In this document: piece by piece, positions 61,137-64,000 of the stretch
Position numbering within the stretch: the stretch's first letter is position 1
How the letters are laid out: every line of letters begins with the position of its first letter
Source of the DNA: Methanobacteriota archaeon
GTDB taxonomy: Archaea; Thermoplasmatota; E2; DHVEG-1
Length of the DNA: 64,000 nt
Direction of reading: 5' to 3'
Assembly (NCBI GenBank): GCA_963769885.1
Contig: CAVYNH010000007.1
Coordinates: forward strand, 288,001-352,000
Translations under genes and position numbers: made by a program
Notes under the pieces: generated by a model
Told to the model about the DNA's origin: nothing
Seen by the model: the letters and a program-made list of their open reading frames with translations, nothing else
Databases searched by the model: none

Positions 61137-62996
61137 GTGAGAACCATCCCCAGAAAGCTCCTCAGCCTTATCGCCTTCCTCATCATCGTCGTCATCGCCA
61201 TCGTCGCTGTCGTCGTCTACCTCGCCATGCCCCAGCAAAAACCGACTCCCACCCCCGTCACCATTAAACCGGACAACCACATCAGCCCCAACATCGGCCA
61301 ACAACTCGACGTCGAAGTCACCCGAATCCGCAGCCGCGCCCTCTACGACACCATGATGACGCGAGGTACCGCCTGGCGGCATCCACCGCAGTTCTACTGG
61401 ATCATTGACGTTGACGGTAAAGAGGCAGACAGCCTCGGCACCGTCGGCTACGGCGACAACGGCCTCTTCACCACCTGGGACTCCGAACGCATGGACACCC
61501 GCATCCCCTTCCGAGTCGTCGACGAACAACCAACCTCACAGGTCACGATCAAGATTATGCAGCGTGAGACCACCGGCCTCCTCGGACGGCGCACCGTCGA
61601 CGTCCAGGCAGAAGTCATCAACCTCACCTATGATTATCGCACTGGCCGCTGGACCGGAGACGACTCCTTCACCGACCCCACCGGCTACGGCCACTACCTC
61701 GGTGCCAATTACGAAGTCTGGTTCAACCTCTACCAATCGGATTACGACCACGACGGCATCCCATACTGGACCGAGGTTAATGTTCTGGGCACAGATCCCT
61801 ACATCGACGACTCAGTCCTGGATCCAGACCATGACGGCATCCCCACCAGCTGGGAATGGCGGTGGGGCTTCAACCCCTTCGTCGCAGACAACTTCACTAA
61901 CCTTGACCCTGACTTCGACGGCCTCAGCGTCTACGATGAATACACGTTGAGAAATTACTACGCGAATCCCTTTTATCCTGAGATGTACATCGAGGCAGAC
62001 TTCATGGCGAAGCGCGGTCCCTTCGACCTCCCCCATGTCTTGTTCAAGGAAACCCAAGGCATGATCGATGAACTCTTCGCGCGGCATAACATCACGGTGT
62101 GGATCGACGATGGATGGTCCGACGGGCCAAAGAACGGCGGTGGCGAGTACCTGCCGTTCGTCAAATCCATGGAGGATGTCAACGGGGGTCAAGCCTATGC
62201 GTTTTATCAGCACAATTTTGCACAGGAACGTCATGGTCTTTTCCGGTATGTGATCGTCGCAAACAAGCTTGGTTGGGCGATACCGATGAAGTTCAATTAT
62301 TATGACACGATTCTTATCGGCCAAGGATGGCGGCCGGTGATCAAGACCCATCTAGCATTGACACAGCGGTATTCCCGGGTCGCCGAGGCCAAGGCCCTTC
62401 TCCATGAGCTTGGTCATACCTTAGGCCTGCTGCCCTATACCTTCCCCGGGGTAGACATTATGCCTCCTACGGGGGCGCGGTGGCCGAGCATGCCCGCGGA
62501 CGAATATCTGGCGTACGAGAAGGACTACCATAGCGTCATGAACTATAATTACGTCTGGAAGGACCGGCGCCTGGTCGACTTCTCTCATGGTGAGAACGGT
62601 CAGTACGATGAGAACGACTGGGATCATATCTACATCCCTGTCTTTAATCGGGATGCGCGCGCGGTCGAGGAGACGGCGGATGAGAATTTTGAGGACTATG
62701 AGATGGTCAACGAGACTCCATACCCGTTTGTTGAGGGCTGGATAAATGCGTCCGCGAACCTCACCAAGAGTCTGCCGGCCTCGATGTCGTTCAAGGTGTA
62801 CGATAACATCGGGTCCGGGATCAAGGTCCTTGTGAACCCGCATGTCATAGGCAACGCTACTTGGAACGTGCGGGTGTACGCCCGTCCGAGCATCGATCCT
62901 TTCCCGACAACGCAGAGCTGGACGCTGATGGCGGAAGGGTATCTGGATTCTGCAGGGAAGCTGACGTTCTATAGCAGCGGGCAGAAATTGATCTGA
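61137..62996 (+). CDS. Membrane-anchored metzincin-like zinc protease with Ca-binding DxDxDG repeats
   Basis: N-terminal TM; DYDHDG, DPDHDG, DPDFDG; HELGHTLGL; SVMNY Met-turn-like motif. Confidence 0.7.
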   Translation: MRTIPRKLLSLIAFLIIVVIAIVAVVVYLAMPQQKPTPTPVTIKPDNHISPNIGQQLDVEVTRIRSRALYDTMMTRGTAWRHPPQFYWIIDVDGKEADSLGTVGYGDNGLFTTWDSERMDTRIPFRVVDEQPTSQVTIKIMQRETTGLLGRRTVDVQAEVINLTYDYRTGRWTGDDSFTDPTGYGHYLGANYEVWFNLYQSDYDHDGIPYWTEVNVLGTDPYIDDSVLDPDHDGIPTSWEWRWGFNPFVADNFTNLDPDFDGLSVYDEYTLRNYYANPFYPEMYIEADFMAKRGPFDLPHVLFKETQGMIDELFARHNITVWIDDGWSDGPKNGGGEYLPFVKSMEDVNGGQAYAFYQHNFAQERHGLFRYVIVANKLGWAIPMKFNYYDTILIGQGWRPVIKTHLALTQRYSRVAEAKALLHELGHTLGLLPYTFPGVDIMPPTGARWPSMPADEYLAYEKDYHSVMNYNYVWKDRRLVDFSHGENGQYDENDWDHIYIPVFNRDARAVEETADENFEDYEMVNETPYPFVEGWINASANLTKSLPASMSFKVYDNIGSGIKVLVNPHVIGNATWNVRVYARPSIDPFPTTQSWTLMAEGYLDSAGKLTFYSSGQKLI

Positions 62997-63017
62997 ACTT
63001 TCTGCTTGTTTACTGGT

Positions 63018-64000
63018 TCAGTCGTGGTTCTCGGGGATCTGGGCTCTGAGGAGGCTGATTTTCTTATGTTCGTGAAATGTGACCGCGGCGCCGGCGATGC
63101 TGGGCAGCAGCCAGATGAGGGCGAACCAAAAGAGGGAGAGGCTGACGATCTGCTCCGAGGCGACGCCATAGAGGGAGAACAGGCTGATGAGGGTCGCCTC
63201 GCGGGTGCCGAGGCCGTAGATGGAGATGGGGAGGATGGCGACGACATTAGCCATCGCGATGAACAAGATGAAGGGGAGATAGGGGACGTTGATTTTGAAA
63301 AGGGAGGAGAGGAGGTACAGCTCGGTGAAGCTGACAATCCAGCCGATGACCGAGAAGAGGAGAGGGAGGGCGACGGCGCGGAAGCTCGGCCGGCCCTCGA
63401 AGAAGGTTTCCAGGGGGTCTTCAAACTGGTTTTGGACGAACCGCATGAGGCGGGTCTGGAGGAGTCGTTGGAGGAGGGGTTGGAAGGAGTCTTTTTTGAG
63501 GTAGAGGAGGAAGAGGGTGAGGGTGATGCCGAGGAGGATGATGAAGAGTGCGAGGAAGATGGGGAAGCGACCGGCGATGAGGATGCCGCCGGCGATGGCG
63601 AAGGCGAGGAGGGTGATGAGGTCGATGGTGTGGAGGGTGAGGACGTTGGAGGCGCATTTGGGGAGGGGTTCTTTGCTTTCTTGTTTGAGGTACAGGATTT
63701 GGAGGTAGCCGCCGAGGCCGCCGGGGGTGATGAAGCCGTAGAAGTAGCCGATGAGGATGTTCTTGATGGAGTAGAGGAAGCTGACGTGGATGCCTTGTTG
63801 TTTCAGGAGGAGCTGCCACTCGATGTTGACGAGGAGGAGGATGGGGATGAAGGAGAAGGCGGCGAGGGCACAGTACCAGGGGTTGAGGGAGGCGAAGATG
63901 TCGAGAACTCTTGGGATGTCGAGTTGGGTGAGAATATATACCAGGATAATGAGGCCGACGAAGGGGAGGATTTTTCGCAGGATGCGGTATCGGCGATGGT
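63018..64000 (-). CDS. UPF0104 / lysylphosphatidylglycerol-synthase-TM (flippase-like) membrane protein, 5' partial
   Basis: Frame of ORF 63018..63446 stays open to the window end (RKILPFVGLIIL...GFITPGGLG...LPISIYGLGTRE). Confidence 0.8.
   Translation of the reverse strand, partial: HRRYRILRKILPFVGLIILVYILTQLDIPRVLDIFASLNPWYCALAAFSFIPILLLVNIEWQLLLKQQGIHVSFLYSIKNILIGYFYGFITPGGLGGYLQILYLKQESKEPLPKCASNVLTLHTIDLITLLAFAIAGGILIAGRFPIFLALFIILLGITLTLFLLYLKKDSFQPLLQRLLQTRLMRFVQNQFEDPLETFFEGRPSFRAVALPLLFSVIGWIVSFTELYLLSSLFKINVPYLPFILFIAMANVVAILPISIYGLGTREATLISLFSLYGVASEQIVSLSLFWFALIWLLPSIAGAAVTFHEHKKISLLRAQIPENHD

Overview
Archaeal chromosomal window. The evidence is archaeal-type LeuRS, SRP54, Sm/Lsm, L7Ae-S28e-L24e and a tetraether-lipid synthase. 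The many secreted C25/M28 peptidases and PKD proteins suggest a peptide-degrading Thermoplasmatota lineage such as MBG-D/Thermoprofundales (inference). Main content: (1) secreted or surface proteins (three gingipain-like C25, two M28-like, a metzincin-like protease, three PQQ-type beta-propellers, and a frameshifted ~2,600-aa beta-helix protein); (2) a leucine/branched acyl-CoA catabolic cluster with a geranylgeranyl-reductase gene apparently in the same operon; (3) hutU/hutH; (4) housekeeping genes; (5) a stand-alone IS200-type Y1 transposase with flanking hairpins; (6) an AT-rich islet with an orphan TIR-like protein and a 94-bp MITE. The most novel-looking signals are non-coding. These are a promoter-bearing ~80-nt hairpin RNA candidate with a U-rich loop directly behind the Sm gene, a second element sharing its CAUNCCAUCC motif, an atypical box C/D RNA candidate, and a C/G strand skew that flips every few kb partly independently of gene orientation. 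No rRNA, tRNA or CRISPR array was recognised. All calls are by eye, with no database searches.
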